Of a stretch of DNA of 64,000 nucleotides, positions 37,482 through 48,122 are shown piece after piece. A program made the translations under genes and the position numbers. Numbering within the stretch: the stretch's first letter is position 1; each line of letters begins with the position of its first letter. Source of the stretch: Oligoflexia bacterium (GTDB taxonomy: Bacteria > Bdellovibrionota > UBA1018); the NCBI GenBank assembly GCA_903881565.1, contig CAIRTR010000126.1, forward strand, positions 15,385-79,384, in the 5' to 3' direction. The notes under the pieces are model-generated. The model was not told the DNA's origin. It was given only the letters and a program-made list of their open reading frames with translations, and made no database searches.

Positions 37482-38510
37482 ATGACAAAGACGGCAGCCG
37501 TTTTTCCAGGACAAGGATCGCAGCAAGTCGGAATGGGTCGCGATCTTTATGAAAATTTCAGAGTCGCCCGCGAGGTTTTTGAAGAAGCCTCGGATGCAAT
37601 TAGTGTGAATCTCAAAAAACTTTGTTTCGATGGCCCTGAATCTGACTTGACCCTCACGGAAAACACCCAGCCCACCTTGCTCACTGTCAGTGTGGCCGCG
37701 TTTCGCGTGCTTCAAGCCGAGCGCGAATTTAAACCGCAAGTCGTCGCAGGCCATTCTTTGGGTGAGTATTCGGCCCTGGTTTGCGCAGGCTCAATCAGCC
37801 TTTCAACCGCAGTGACTTGGGTGCGTGCGCGGGGACAAGCCATGCAACTAGCCGTCCCCAAAGGGCAAGGCGGCATGGCTGTTGTGTTAAATCTTGATGA
37901 CGCAAAAGTCGGTGCACTCTGCACTCAGGCGCTTGCGATTGCTCGCGAAAAACGAGCTCACGGCGAGGCCCCCGAAATGGAAGTCGATCTCGCTTTAGAA
38001 CCTGCCAACTTCAATGCCCCGGGGCAGGTTGCGATTTCTGGCTCTAAAGACGCGGTGGATGAAGCGATCAAACTCGTAAGCACCGATCCTCAAAATCTTT
38101 TCAAGGGCGCCAAAGTCCTTGCACTTCCTGTAAGCGCACCTTTTCATTGCTCGCTAATGGCCCCTGCAAAAGATAAAATGGCGGATATTTTTGCAAAAAC
38201 TTTGCCCGAGCATGCCCCTCGTGCGCTTCTCATCCCCTACGTTCCCAACGTCACGGCCAGGATTAACAAGGAGCACTCGCTGGTTTTGGAGTTCCTGACC
38301 TCTCAGGTGACCCATCCCGTATTGTGGAAACAATCAATCGCCACCCTTCTTGAATCAGGCTTTGATACCTTTGTCGAATGCGGCTCCGGCCGAGTCTTGA
38401 CGGGATTGACGAAACGAATTGCCCCCAAAGCCATCGCCCCTGCAGAGGCTCCGAGACTTTTTGCCGTCGGCGATACCGAAGGCCTCAAGGCATTGGCCAA
38501 GAACATTTGA
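37482..38510 (+). CDS. fabD: malonyl-CoA:ACP transacylase
   Basis: 342 aa. FPGQGSQ and GHSLGEYSAL motifs. Confidence 0.9.
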   Translation: MTKTAAVFPGQGSQQVGMGRDLYENFRVAREVFEEASDAISVNLKKLCFDGPESDLTLTENTQPTLLTVSVAAFRVLQAEREFKPQVVAGHSLGEYSALVCAGSISLSTAVTWVRARGQAMQLAVPKGQGGMAVVLNLDDAKVGALCTQALAIAREKRAHGEAPEMEVDLALEPANFNAPGQVAISGSKDAVDEAIKLVSTDPQNLFKGAKVLALPVSAPFHCSLMAPAKDKMADIFAKTLPEHAPRALLIPYVPNVTARINKEHSLVLEFLTSQVTHPVLWKQSIATLLESGFDTFVECGSGRVLTGLTKRIAPKAIAPAEAPRLFAVGDTEGLKALAKNI

Positions 38511-38556
38511 AGGAATCAAAACCAGGAAAAAATCCAGGACATTAACGGGACATAAT

Positions 38557-39309
38557 ATGATGGAAAATCAAATCGACAACTCTAAACCCAGCGCACTCAT
38601 TACCGGTGCATCACGCGGGATCGGCTCCAGCGTTGCCCTAAGACTGGCCCGCGAGGGGTTTCACGTCTTCATCAACTTTTCATCGCGCGAAGATCTTGCC
38701 CGCGGCGTCTGCGAAGGCATTCGGTCATTCGGGGGTTCAGCCGAATTGTTGCGTTTCGATGTCTCCTCGTCTGAAGAAGTGGATAAGGCCTTTGAGAGCC
38801 TTAAAGATCGTAGACTCGCGGTGCTTGTCAATAACGCCGGCATCAATAAGGATGGCTTGCTTGCCCGACTCAAAGACGAAGACCTCGAGCATACCTTAGA
38901 TGTGGACCTTAAGGGCGCCATCTACTGTACACGCGCTGCGTCACGCCTCATGATGCGGGCACGGTTTGGGAGCATTATTCAAATCGGCTCGGTTATTGGT
39001 GAAATGGGAAATGCCGGACAAAGCGCCTACGCAGCCGCAAAATCCGGGTTGATCGGATTCTCCAAGAGCGTCGCCCGGGAGCTGGCGAGCCGAAACGTCC
39101 GCGTCAATGTTGTAAACCCAGGATATATCAAGACCGAGATGACTGGGGCCTTGACGGATGACCAAAAAGAGGCGATTCTGCGCAGCATCCCGCTAGGATT
39201 TTTTGGGGAGGGAGAGGACGTCGCGTCGTTAGTCGCGTTTCTTGCATCCCCTGGGAGCCGCTATGTCACCGGTCAAGTGATCGGGATCAACGGCGGAATG
39301 TACATGTAA
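38557..39309 (+). CDS. fabG: 3-oxoacyl-ACP reductase
   Basis: The ORF-track ORF starts at 38419. The family N-terminus MMENQ...ALITGASRGIGS starts at the ATG at 38557. SDR motifs NAG and YxxxK are present. Confidence 0.9.
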   Translation: MMENQIDNSKPSALITGASRGIGSSVALRLAREGFHVFINFSSREDLARGVCEGIRSFGGSAELLRFDVSSSEEVDKAFESLKDRRLAVLVNNAGINKDGLLARLKDEDLEHTLDVDLKGAIYCTRAASRLMMRARFGSIIQIGSVIGEMGNAGQSAYAAAKSGLIGFSKSVARELASRNVRVNVVNPGYIKTEMTGALTDDQKEAILRSIPLGFFGEGEDVASLVAFLASPGSRYVTGQVIGINGGMYM

Positions 39310-39352
39310 ACTACGTTTAAACTACCTGTAGTTTAAACGTAGTTTACATGTA
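39301..39352. repeat. Perfect 52-bp palindrome (25-bp arms, 2-nt centre) overlapping the fabG stop codon
   Basis: tacatgtaaactacgtttaaactac-ct-gtagtttaaacgtagtttacatgta. The arms are exactly reverse-complementary, AT-rich, and contain two PmeI-like GTTTAAAC sites. Confidence 0.85.
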
Positions 39353-39408
39353 GTTTGAGACAAAGAATTAGAGATTAAGCTTAGAGAACAAGAAGGAGAG
39401 CAACGCTC

Positions 39409-39651
39409 ATGTCAGCATCAGTCGAAGAAAGAGTTCGAACCATTATTTGTGATCAACTTGCCGTGGAACCTGAAAAGGTTGTTCAAACCTCATCCTTCAT
39501 CGATGATTTAGGTGCAGACAGTCTTGATATCGTCGAGCTCGTCATGACGATGGAAGAAGAGTTTGATCTCGACATTCCAGATGAAGATGCCGAAAAGATG
39601 AAAACGGTTGGCGATGTAGTTAAATACATCACCTCCAAAGCAACCGCTTAA
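39409..39651 (+). CDS. acpP: acyl carrier protein
   Basis: 80 aa. Phosphopantetheine attachment motif [14 protein letters not shown]. Confidence 0.9.
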   Translation: MSASVEERVRTIICDQLAVEPEKVVQTSSFIDDLGADSLDIVELVMTMEEEFDLDIPDEDAEKMKTVGDVVKYITSKATA

Positions 39652-39669
39652 TTTTAGCGGTCTTTCCCC

Positions 39670-40995
39670 ATGCCTTCTCAATCTTCTCGCCGTGTCGTGA
39701 TCACGGGCTTAGGCGCCGTGACTCCGCTTGGCCTTAATGCATCCGAAACTTGGGAAAACGCGATCCAAGGAAAAAGCGGCATAAGCGCCATCACGCTTTT
39801 TGAAACCACCCCAGATTGCCCCGTACGCATCGCGGGTGAGGTTCATGGTTTTGAAGTCGGACGTGCCATGGGCCCGTTTCATCCAAGGGGAAAAGACGCC
39901 CCAGCCGTTACTCAACCTGCAAATTCAAAAGAAGCCAGACGCGTCGGACGTTTTGTTCATCTTGCGCTTGCCGCAGGTCTTGAAGCGTATGGAGATTCGG
40001 GGCTCGATCTTTGCCGCTCAAGTATAGCGCCCGAGCGCATTGGCGTGAACATCGGTGTAGGCATGGGCGGACTGCCAGAAATCGAAGAGGTCCACAATGA
40101 CTTCTTGGCCAAGGGGTATAAGCGAGTCACGCCATTTTTTATTCCACAAGTGATCCCCAATATGGCTTCAGGCCAACTCAGTATTTTGCTCAATCTACGC
40201 GGACCCAATCTCTGCAATGTCACCGCCTGTACTTCAAGTGCACACAGCCTGGGCGAATCGCTGGAATTAATTCGCCGAGGCACGGCAGACATCATGCTTG
40301 CAGGCGGCGCAGAAGCGGTCGTGTGCAAACTCGGCATTGCGGGCTTCGCCTCCATGCGCGCGCTCTCCGTACGAAACAATGAACCGACTCGTGCCTCACG
40401 CCCTTTTGATATCGGGCGCGATGGATTTGTGATGGGTGAAGGCTCCGTGGTGATGGTGCTCGAAGAGTTTGAACATGCACGGCGCAGAGGAGCAAAAATT
40501 TACGCTGAACTTGTGGGTTATGGGATGTCAGGAGACGCCTATCACATGACCTCGCCCTCATCTGAGGGCGAAGGCGGCGGACGCTCTATGAGCATGGCGC
40601 TGGGAGATGCCGGGCTTACGCCTGATCAAATCGGTTACGTCAACGCGCACGGGACTTCAACCCCAGCAGGGGACGCCGAAGAAGCAACCGCAATTGCAAA
40701 AGTAGTGGGAAGTGGGACCAGGAGTGATGGTCCACTGCTGGTGAGTTCCACTAAATCAATGACAGGACATTTACTAGGAGCAGCGGGCGCATTAGAGGCC
40801 ATGTTCTGCATAAACGCGTTAAGGTACGGGATTATTCCGCCCACCATTAACCTTGAGCAGCTGGACCCAGCGGTGGCTCACTTAGGTTTGGATTTTACGG
40901 CCAACACGGCCCGTGAGAAGAAAATTTCAGCGGCGCTTTCCAATAGTTTCGGCTTTGGCGGCACCAACGCGACTCTTGCCTTCAAGCGGGTTTAA
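39670..40995 (+). CDS. fabF: 3-oxoacyl-ACP synthase II
   Basis: 441 aa. Conserved His and Lys regions of KAS I/II (YVNAHGTSTPAGD, NSFGFGGTNA). Confidence 0.85.
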   Translation: MPSQSSRRVVITGLGAVTPLGLNASETWENAIQGKSGISAITLFETTPDCPVRIAGEVHGFEVGRAMGPFHPRGKDAPAVTQPANSKEARRVGRFVHLALAAGLEAYGDSGLDLCRSSIAPERIGVNIGVGMGGLPEIEEVHNDFLAKGYKRVTPFFIPQVIPNMASGQLSILLNLRGPNLCNVTACTSSAHSLGESLELIRRGTADIMLAGGAEAVVCKLGIAGFASMRALSVRNNEPTRASRPFDIGRDGFVMGEGSVVMVLEEFEHARRRGAKIYAELVGYGMSGDAYHMTSPSSEGEGGGRSMSMALGDAGLTPDQIGYVNAHGTSTPAGDAEEATAIAKVVGSGTRSDGPLLVSSTKSMTGHLLGAAGALEAMFCINALRYGIIPPTINLEQLDPAVAHLGLDFTANTAREKKISAALSNSFGFGGTNATLAFKRV

Positions 40996-41007
40996 GCTCA
41001 TAATCCG

Positions 41008-41469
41008 GTGACTATGCCGAAGAATCCAAAATCCAAGATTTTGATCGCCTCTGATCACGCAGGCCTTGAGCTCAAAAAAGCCCTTCAAGAATCGCTTACC
41101 GATTGGCAATGGGAGGATTTGGGTCCGATCAACGATGACAGTGTTGACTACCCGGACTTTGCAGAACCCTTGGCCAATAGAGTGCAGCAAGACGGGGTTC
41201 GAGGAATTCTCATCTGCGGAAGCGGAATCGGAATGTCGATTGCCGCAAACAAAGTCGCAGGCGTTAGAGCCGCAGTCGTTGAAAACCCCGTGGCTGCCCG
41301 ACTTTCGCGCGAGCATAATGATGTTAACGTTTTGTGCTTAGGTTCGCGTTTCATCGCTCCCGCGTATGGCGTGGAGATCGCACGCGTCTGGCTTGAAACT
41401 CCGTTTTCCAATGATCCGCGCCACCAGAGACGAAATGCCAAAGTGGCGGCGCTTGAAAAAAAGAAGTAG
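41008..41469 (+). CDS. rpiB: ribose-5-phosphate isomerase B
   Basis: 153 aa. ASDHAGLELK...ICGSGIGMSIAANK, RpiB/LacAB family. Confidence 0.85.
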   Translation: MTMPKNPKSKILIASDHAGLELKKALQESLTDWQWEDLGPINDDSVDYPDFAEPLANRVQQDGVRGILICGSGIGMSIAANKVAGVRAAVVENPVAARLSREHNDVNVLCLGSRFIAPAYGVEIARVWLETPFSNDPRHQRRNAKVAALEKKK

Positions 41470-41510
41470 AAAAGAAAAAATAGCCAAAAGAAATACAAAG
41501 GAAAAAACCC

Positions 41511-42779
41511 ATGTCCCAACTCAATCTTGATTTTAATCAGTCACTCGCCAACGCTGACTCTGATATTTTTTCGGTCATTGGACGTGAAGCGCGCAGGCAG
41601 GATGAAGGCGTGGAGCTCATTGCTTCGGAAAATTATGTGAGCCGTGCGGTCTTGGACGCGCAGGGATCGGTGCTCACCAATAAATACGCTGAAGGCTATC
41701 CGGGCAAGCGCTACTACGGCGGCTGTGAATTCGTGGATCAGGCTGAAGCGCTTGCAATCTCCAGGGCGTGCAAACTCTTCTCAGCCGAGGCCGCAAACGT
41801 ACAACCTCATTCAGGCTCGCAGGCCAATATGGCCGTTTATATGAGCCTCCTGAACCCAGGCGATACGCTCATGGGAATGAGTCTCTCTCACGGCGGACAT
41901 CTCACCCACGGCAGCCCCGTGAACTTCAGCGGAAAACTTTACAAAGTTGTGAGCTATGGGCTTCACCCCGAGACGCATCGGATCGACTTTAACTTGGTTC
42001 GTGAACTTGCGCTTAAAGAAAAACCCAAAGTCATCGTCGCGGGGGCCAGCGCCTACCCTCGGACAATTGATTTTCAAACATTCTCCGAAATCGCCAAAGA
42101 AGTCGGCGCTTCATTCGTCGTGGACATGGCCCATATTGCGGGTCTCGTTGCAGCGGGGCTGCACCCCTCACCGATTCCGTTTGCCACCTATACCACCTCG
42201 ACCACGCACAAAACGTTGCGGGGGCCGCGCGGAGGCTTGATCCTTTCATCGAGCGAGCGAATCAAAGCCGTGAATTCGCAGATTTTCCCAGGCATTCAAG
42301 GCGGACCACTGATGCACGTGATCGCGGCCAAAGCCGTCGCCTTTGGCGAAGCGCTGAAACCTTCGTTTATCACTTATCAAAAACAAGTCGTGGAAAACGC
42401 CCGCACTCTTGCAAACGAGCTCACCCAGCACGGAGTGAAACTCGTCACCGATGGAACCGACAACCATCTGATGCTCGTGAATCTTCCGGAAACTGGCGAC
42501 GGCAGTGTCTCGGGCAAAGACGCCGAAACCTGGCTTGATTTGGCCGGGATCACGGTGAACAAGAATACGATTCCCAATGAAAAAAGAAGCCCCTTTGTCA
42601 CTAGCGGAATCCGGATCGGCGTTCCTGCCGTCACGACGCGCGGCTTTGGTACTTCGGAGATGAAACTACTTGCGGGCTGGATTCACCAAGTTTTAGAGAG
42701 TCGCGGCGACGAAAAGGTCTTGAACAAGGTGCATGCTCAGGTCAAGGAACTGTGCCGGCAGTTCAAGCTGTATACTTGA
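41511..42779 (+). CDS. glyA: serine hydroxymethyltransferase
   Basis: 422 aa. PLP-lysine region [14 protein letters not shown], with highly conserved SHMT sequence throughout. Confidence 0.9.
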   Translation: MSQLNLDFNQSLANADSDIFSVIGREARRQDEGVELIASENYVSRAVLDAQGSVLTNKYAEGYPGKRYYGGCEFVDQAEALAISRACKLFSAEAANVQPHSGSQANMAVYMSLLNPGDTLMGMSLSHGGHLTHGSPVNFSGKLYKVVSYGLHPETHRIDFNLVRELALKEKPKVIVAGASAYPRTIDFQTFSEIAKEVGASFVVDMAHIAGLVAAGLHPSPIPFATYTTSTTHKTLRGPRGGLILSSSERIKAVNSQIFPGIQGGPLMHVIAAKAVAFGEALKPSFITYQKQVVENARTLANELTQHGVKLVTDGTDNHLMLVNLPETGDGSVSGKDAETWLDLAGITVNKNTIPNEKRSPFVTSGIRIGVPAVTTRGFGTSEMKLLAGWIHQVLESRGDEKVLNKVHAQVKELCRQFKLYT

Positions 42780-42780
42780 A

Positions 42781-43548
42781 TTAGTGAGCGATTGTCGCAC
42801 CTGCGTCCTTCGGCAGTGGTACGGGATCGTTAGGGCCACGCAAAGCCTCAGGCGCAACACCTAAGTCCTTCTCAGCGTTTTGAGCGTTTCGAGGCGATTG
42901 CGCGCGTTTAGCATAAACGCCATCCCCATTGACCCTGTCCTTAATTTTCTGAAAAACTCCATCTAGCCCCTCATAATGGCCTTTGAGTTGTTCGGTGCGC
43001 ACAGCCCGCATCGCACGGGCGTGCTCTTTGTCTTTTTCTCTTAAGATATAAACATCCAAAGGAATTGTCGATTTATCGCGCGGATCAAAAACATTGATAT
43101 CGCGTGAATAATAATATCCTCGAAGTTCTACCTCTGCATTTTTGCCGTCTGGCGTTCTGATATACGATCGACCCCCGCCACTGGCCCAGTTCGCTAGGAG
43201 TTCGATATTGGCATTAGGCCTTGCTAGCGCCCTTTTGAAGGCATCTGCATCTTCTTGATCGACCATGACCAGTTTTCGAAATGGAGGTTGATTGGGGGCT
43301 TGCGAGTTTACCCCCAAAATGATGACTTTGGGATCATCCGAATCGCGTTCAACCGAGGTAACTGTCCCCCGGTCCGTGGGTTTGAGGCCGTCGTATTGAG
43401 CGGAGTATGGGGCGAATTGGACGAGCGTTTGTCTTGATACTGGTTTCGCTTTGGGCTCTTCTGCGCCTGCGGGAAAAGACACGAGATAGATCCCGAAATA
43501 GACTCCAAGAATTCCAGCCCACAACAGTGCACACTTTGAATAAGTCAT
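42781..43548 (-). CDS. hypothetical exported protein
   Basis: 255 aa, N-terminal signal or anchor, no recognisable domain. Confidence 0.4.
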   Translation of the reverse strand: MTYSKCALLWAGILGVYFGIYLVSFPAGAEEPKAKPVSRQTLVQFAPYSAQYDGLKPTDRGTVTSVERDSDDPKVIILGVNSQAPNQPPFRKLVMVDQEDADAFKRALARPNANIELLANWASGGGRSYIRTPDGKNAEVELRGYYYSRDINVFDPRDKSTIPLDVYILREKDKEHARAMRAVRTEQLKGHYEGLDGVFQKIKDRVNGDGVYAKRAQSPRNAQNAEKDLGVAPEALRGPNDPVPLPKDAGATIAH

Positions 43549-43709
43549 CTCAAGAGTAGTTTCTCACGAAGCGATATCCCTGTCGCTGGGCAAGAATTGC
43601 CGTCATAACGTCCTCGAGGAAACCTCTCTCAAATCCGAATAACGAACGAAGAAGTCTGCAACTGCTTAATATTTAAGACTATAAATACCGTATTGAAACT
43701 GTCAACTAA

Positions 43710-44474
43710 GTGAGGTATAACGCCCTCCAGCAAAGGAAGCAATCAATGGCAATCAAGTTTTCAAATTTTCGCAAAAGCAGTCTCAAACAAAGACCCATTC
43801 TCGCAACTTCTCTCGTTCTGCTGGTTCTGAGTTTTTCGCAAATCGTTCGCGCAAACACACCAGAGAATCTGACCCAAAAATGGCAGCAAGAAAAAACAAG
43901 AATTTCGATACGACAAAAACTCCTCTACCGTTTCTATCTAGACCACTTCGAAGTGCGGCGTGAACTGACCCGAGACCTGGACGCTATTGATACCGCAGAT
44001 CTTATTAGAGGTGCCCAGCTCCTCACCAGCGCACTCGTTACGGGTGGCGGCGCTATCTATATCGGCGGTGAAGCGTATCTTGTCGGAACAATTCCCTCCT
44101 TTGTCTTTTTGGGCGCAGGAGGGAATGCGGCCGCAGGCGCCCTAGGGTCTCATACTCCGATCAAGGAAAATGAGCCGTACTTCATTCAAGAGAACCCCTC
44201 CCTTTGCCGTGGTGAGATCTCTGAAGAATGCCTGAATCTATTTTCGGCCGCTTTTGAGAAGATCCAGGCCGATTATGAAAAAGCTGAAACCGAAGTGTCT
44301 CACTCCATCAGCCAGCAAATCACCGCGATTGGAGACCCGGGCAACGGCTATTTTGTTTCAACCGACAAACTCAATCGAACGATCCAACTCCAGCTCTACC
44401 GAGTCGAGGCCATCGCAAAATTAAATCTGCTTGAATCCGTGGAACTCGAGAAGCTCTTGGAAAAGATGTACTGA
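43710..44474 (+). CDS. hypothetical exported protein
   Basis: 254 aa. A hydrophobic segment follows a basic N-terminus. No recognisable domain. The true start is uncertain. Confidence 0.35.
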   Translation: MRYNALQQRKQSMAIKFSNFRKSSLKQRPILATSLVLLVLSFSQIVRANTPENLTQKWQQEKTRISIRQKLLYRFYLDHFEVRRELTRDLDAIDTADLIRGAQLLTSALVTGGGAIYIGGEAYLVGTIPSFVFLGAGGNAAAGALGSHTPIKENEPYFIQENPSLCRGEISEECLNLFSAAFEKIQADYEKAETEVSHSISQQITAIGDPGNGYFVSTDKLNRTIQLQLYRVEAIAKLNLLESVELEKLLEKMY

Positions 44475-44489
44475 CAAAATGCAACGGGC

Positions 44490-45827
44490 TTACCACCTCA
44501 GCGCAGGATCGACCCAAGGCTCCACATACGAATGAAGTCCTCCCGTAGGCTGCGTCCCCAGCACCCGATAAGGGTCGTCAGCGACATCCAACATATAGAG
44601 GCAAGGATTGAGATTGTCTTGAAACACTTTATCAATCACTTTCGCGCCAGGATAAAACCCTCCCCCACTCCAGCCATCAGAGGGTGAGAGTTCAAAGGTA
44701 AAAGCAAATATTCCGTGTGCGCCGTACGCCCAATCCGTCGTATCGCCGCTGGCGATATACAAGGAGCTGGATTGCTCTGGCGTATATCCGTTCCACTTAG
44801 CCATCGTCGTGGCCATCTTAGTGAACACGTCATGATCGCGCGTGTTTTCAATCGGATTATACTTATGCCCCCAGGGATAAAGGATCAATTCACTGTAACT
44901 ATGAAACGTGAGCAAAACTTTTGTATTCAAATGCGCGTCCACAAAGTCGCGCACCGCCTGAGTCTCAGGTTCTGAAAAAGCGGTTTTCCCTTTGAACACA
45001 TCGCTCGTAGCGTCCGAAGAGGAACCACCGGTCCCCCACTTGAAACCATAGTTGCGATTCAAATCGACGCCAAAAACTCCACTGCCGTTATCCCGTCGAT
45101 TCTTACGCCAGGAACGGTAGCTTCCTGAAGCAATATCCCACTCCGCACCATCGGGATTCACCATGGGGATCACCCAGATATCGCGCGAATCCAAAAGCGC
45201 CGCGATCTTTGGATCCTTGCGATTGGTGAGCAAATACTCCGCCAGCATCAGAGGCACTTCAAGACTCAAATGCTCCCGCGCGTGATGGTTGCCCATGAAG
45301 ATGGCGCCAGGCTTCCCACTCACGCCACTGGCAAGCGCCTCGGGAGTCGTATTGATATGAAAGGCCCACAGGTCGCGCCCCTCAACCGATTTGCCAATGC
45401 TTTGAATTCGCGTGATGTCCGGATTCTTGGCATTGAGATCTTGAAGGGCTGCAAGCGCTTCTTGATAGTTATGAAAACGCGCATCTTGTGAGGGAAAATC
45501 AAGCAAGTGTGCGGGTGTATGGGAGAGCACTTTGAAGTGAGCGGCCTTGACCCGCGCGAGAACCGAAGGGCTTGCAAAACCCCAGACGCTATCGGAGCGT
45601 AAAGACTCGATGCTCACACCGAGATCCGCAAGCCGTGAGCGCGCTTCTTTGGTCGAGGCCCCAATTTGGACAAAAGCCTGCTCCGCAGAAGCCACGCCAG
45701 GCGAAGCCCCTCCTACGTCGCTTGCATTGGCGTAGCTAACAGCCTGAACCGAGCTACCGGCCGCGAGAAGAATTGAGGTAATAAAAAGCGTGCGGGTTTT
45801 CCGCGAGAGTGCATTCCGTAGCAACAT
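44490..45827 (-). CDS. secreted M14-family zinc carboxypeptidase
   Basis: 445 aa with a signal peptide. Zinc-binding HxxE (GNHHAREH) and downstream His/Glu positions are typical of the M14 family, which includes gamma-D-Glu-mDAP peptidases. Confidence 0.65.
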   Translation of the reverse strand: MLLRNALSRKTRTLFITSILLAAGSSVQAVSYANASDVGGASPGVASAEQAFVQIGASTKEARSRLADLGVSIESLRSDSVWGFASPSVLARVKAAHFKVLSHTPAHLLDFPSQDARFHNYQEALAALQDLNAKNPDITRIQSIGKSVEGRDLWAFHINTTPEALASGVSGKPGAIFMGNHHAREHLSLEVPLMLAEYLLTNRKDPKIAALLDSRDIWVIPMVNPDGAEWDIASGSYRSWRKNRRDNGSGVFGVDLNRNYGFKWGTGGSSSDATSDVFKGKTAFSEPETQAVRDFVDAHLNTKVLLTFHSYSELILYPWGHKYNPIENTRDHDVFTKMATTMAKWNGYTPEQSSSLYIASGDTTDWAYGAHGIFAFTFELSPSDGWSGGGFYPGAKVIDKVFQDNLNPCLYMLDVADDPYRVLGTQPTGGLHSYVEPWVDPALRW

Positions 45828-45959
45828 GAGAAGTCTCCTTCATGAGAGTTCTGGGACATGAGATTTCTAAAAATGATTTAGATACGGCTTCAGTCTAACA
45901 CCCAGGCCCAGTTGCACAAGATGGGCCCGAAAATAAAGCCGTTCACTCTACTCTATGAC

Positions 45960-48122
45960 TTAATTCATCGGCTCAGGACCATGCTCCGTCTTCAGCTGCG
46001 CCCAGAGGGTGGCTCGCAAAGTTTCCATTTTACGATCCCACTTTGCCCAGTCCAATTCACCCGAAAGGTCTTGGCGTACATGCACTTGCGATTCGTCCCA
46101 AAGCCTGACCAGCGCCCAAAGCTCGCTCGGGTTTACGCTCTGCGCCCCCCCGCCTTCAATGGACTTTATATGCCCATTTTCAGGCCAAAACGTTTCCAAG
46201 AAGGTCCATCCTGACTTTAAACTCAGCTTCAACACCGGCATTTGGGAGCGTTCATAGGCCCGAACCAAAGCGCGAAGACCCCAGATATTCGAAGACAGCG
46301 TCCGAGAGTTCGCTTGAGGGACATCCAACCGGTCGTAGAACCCACCGTCTGGGGCTTGCCCCTTGGCCGACATTTCTAAGGCCCCAACTTGCAAGGCATC
46401 GCCCAGCTTTGGAAGCACGGCAAGCAACTCAGCCGGCACGGCCGGATCATCACCTAATGTTGAATCCAACTCCGAAGCGGCAAGCAGCATCTTTGATACT
46501 CCACGCACCGACACACCCACCGGATCACGACCCGAGAGCCGCACGATCTCGTGAAACAAGACGCCCAGTGCCCCTTGTGCACTCCCAGGATCAGTCATCT
46601 CGACGTGCCCCTGCTGAGGTGCAATCAGATTTTTCAAAGCCCCTGCGAGAAGTCCGACCGCGAGCATTCGTCCATCACTTGGAAAAAGAATCGGGCTGGA
46701 TGCTTCGAGAATTTTTTCAAGTTGATCTGCGCCGCCAAAATGCTCCCAAAATGGCGTTCCGGGGCGAGTCAGCTTTAAAAAATCCAGCGACATCATCACC
46801 AGGTCCGCAACATCTCCGATGGCTTCATAAGGAGAGGAGCCGGGAGTGGCCTTTGGAATTCCCCTGGGCCCCATCATGAAAAGCGAAGGGAAAACGCGAA
46901 AGGCAGTAGGATGCGCTTCAGACGTCGGATCGTAGGCAGCAAAATCCCAAGGTGAAAACGAAAAGTCACCCGCCGATCCCTGCGCGCCCCAACCGCCAAA
47001 ATTGCCGGTTAAAAGTGGAGGGGCTTTTTCAGGATGTGAGAAATCCGCACCACCCCCTTGCGCAAATTCGATTCGCCCGCCCCGAATCACCGCCTCTTCG
47101 CCCCCATTGAGCACCAAAAGCTTATTGGCGGCTGAATAAAAGAGCGCGCCCGAGAGACCGCGCATTTTTGGGTCATCAGAACCCACAAGAAGCGCGGCAA
47201 GGCCCATGTCGGCGCGAACGCTCGAAGTATATTCCTTGAGACTTAGTTTTCCAAAGGAGGTGGGATCTAACTCAATCAAAGGCGTATGATCGGACCAGAT
47301 CGGATCCTCCTCGCCTTTGAACTTTTGAGAAACAAGCGCAGGAAAACCCGCAATTCGGCCTGCAATTTCATCTAAAAATCCCACTCTGAAAAGCGGGGGG
47401 AACTTCTTGGAAAATTCACGGCCCACTTGCTCCAGCACTTTGGGATCGCGACGGGCAGCCATCAGTTGTTCTTTGGCGGCGTTGAAAATGACTTTCCTTG
47501 CCTTGCAATTACTCGGTTCCAACCATGAATGGCCGCAGGTCAACTTGACCCAGGCTTTCGAAAATATACTGGGACTTTTAATTTTATCGGACTCGTCTAA
47601 TTCGCACTGCGGAGATTTTCCAGCCGCAATTTTCTTGGCCAGACAAAGTCCAATTTGATCAGCCGTCTCTTTTTGATCGGCCGGAACGGTCCCATTGACA
47701 ATGTTCGAGATCAGCCCTTCATCAAAGAGGGTTTCAAGATGAATCCGTTTCACCTCTTTTTCAAAATTCTCCTGATACGATTTTGCGTAAGCGGCGGGAT
47801 AAATATCCCCCATCTTCTGATTGAGCACGACGCCTAAAAAGGGAGCGGTTTTAATTTCGATGCTGCCTTCTGAAAAGGGCGCGGACAGTGGTCCAAGCGA
47901 TCCGCCTTTTCGGTAAGAACGCAAAAGGTTCGCGGCAAAGGCCTGCCGTTCTGTTGCACTCTCTCCCTTGGATTCAGGGTGAAGTCGCGCGTCTTCTAAA
48001 ATTCGATTCAACACCTCGCGCGCTTCACTCACGGAAACGCGAAGGTCATAGCCAAACGCCAAACTTGAAGCCAAAAACAGCGAAAATAGAGTGAAAAGGG
48101 GTAGAACCTGATATTTTTTCAT
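45960..48122 (-). CDS. large secreted hypothetical protein (720 aa)
   Basis: Has a signal peptide and is Gly/Ala-rich. No confident family. A possible all-alpha, glycosidase-like fold is only a guess. Confidence 0.4.
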   Translation of the reverse strand: MKKYQVLPLFTLFSLFLASSLAFGYDLRVSVSEAREVLNRILEDARLHPESKGESATERQAFAANLLRSYRKGGSLGPLSAPFSEGSIEIKTAPFLGVVLNQKMGDIYPAAYAKSYQENFEKEVKRIHLETLFDEGLISNIVNGTVPADQKETADQIGLCLAKKIAAGKSPQCELDESDKIKSPSIFSKAWVKLTCGHSWLEPSNCKARKVIFNAAKEQLMAARRDPKVLEQVGREFSKKFPPLFRVGFLDEIAGRIAGFPALVSQKFKGEEDPIWSDHTPLIELDPTSFGKLSLKEYTSSVRADMGLAALLVGSDDPKMRGLSGALFYSAANKLLVLNGGEEAVIRGGRIEFAQGGGADFSHPEKAPPLLTGNFGGWGAQGSAGDFSFSPWDFAAYDPTSEAHPTAFRVFPSLFMMGPRGIPKATPGSSPYEAIGDVADLVMMSLDFLKLTRPGTPFWEHFGGADQLEKILEASSPILFPSDGRMLAVGLLAGALKNLIAPQQGHVEMTDPGSAQGALGVLFHEIVRLSGRDPVGVSVRGVSKMLLAASELDSTLGDDPAVPAELLAVLPKLGDALQVGALEMSAKGQAPDGGFYDRLDVPQANSRTLSSNIWGLRALVRAYERSQMPVLKLSLKSGWTFLETFWPENGHIKSIEGGGAQSVNPSELWALVRLWDESQVHVRQDLSGELDWAKWDRKMETLRATLWAQLKTEHGPEPMN

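Noticed and set aside
46009-47837. Several 60-156 aa plus-strand ORFs inside the 720-aa secreted protein gene
   Set aside because: All are antisense to one long ORF with a signal peptide. No support.
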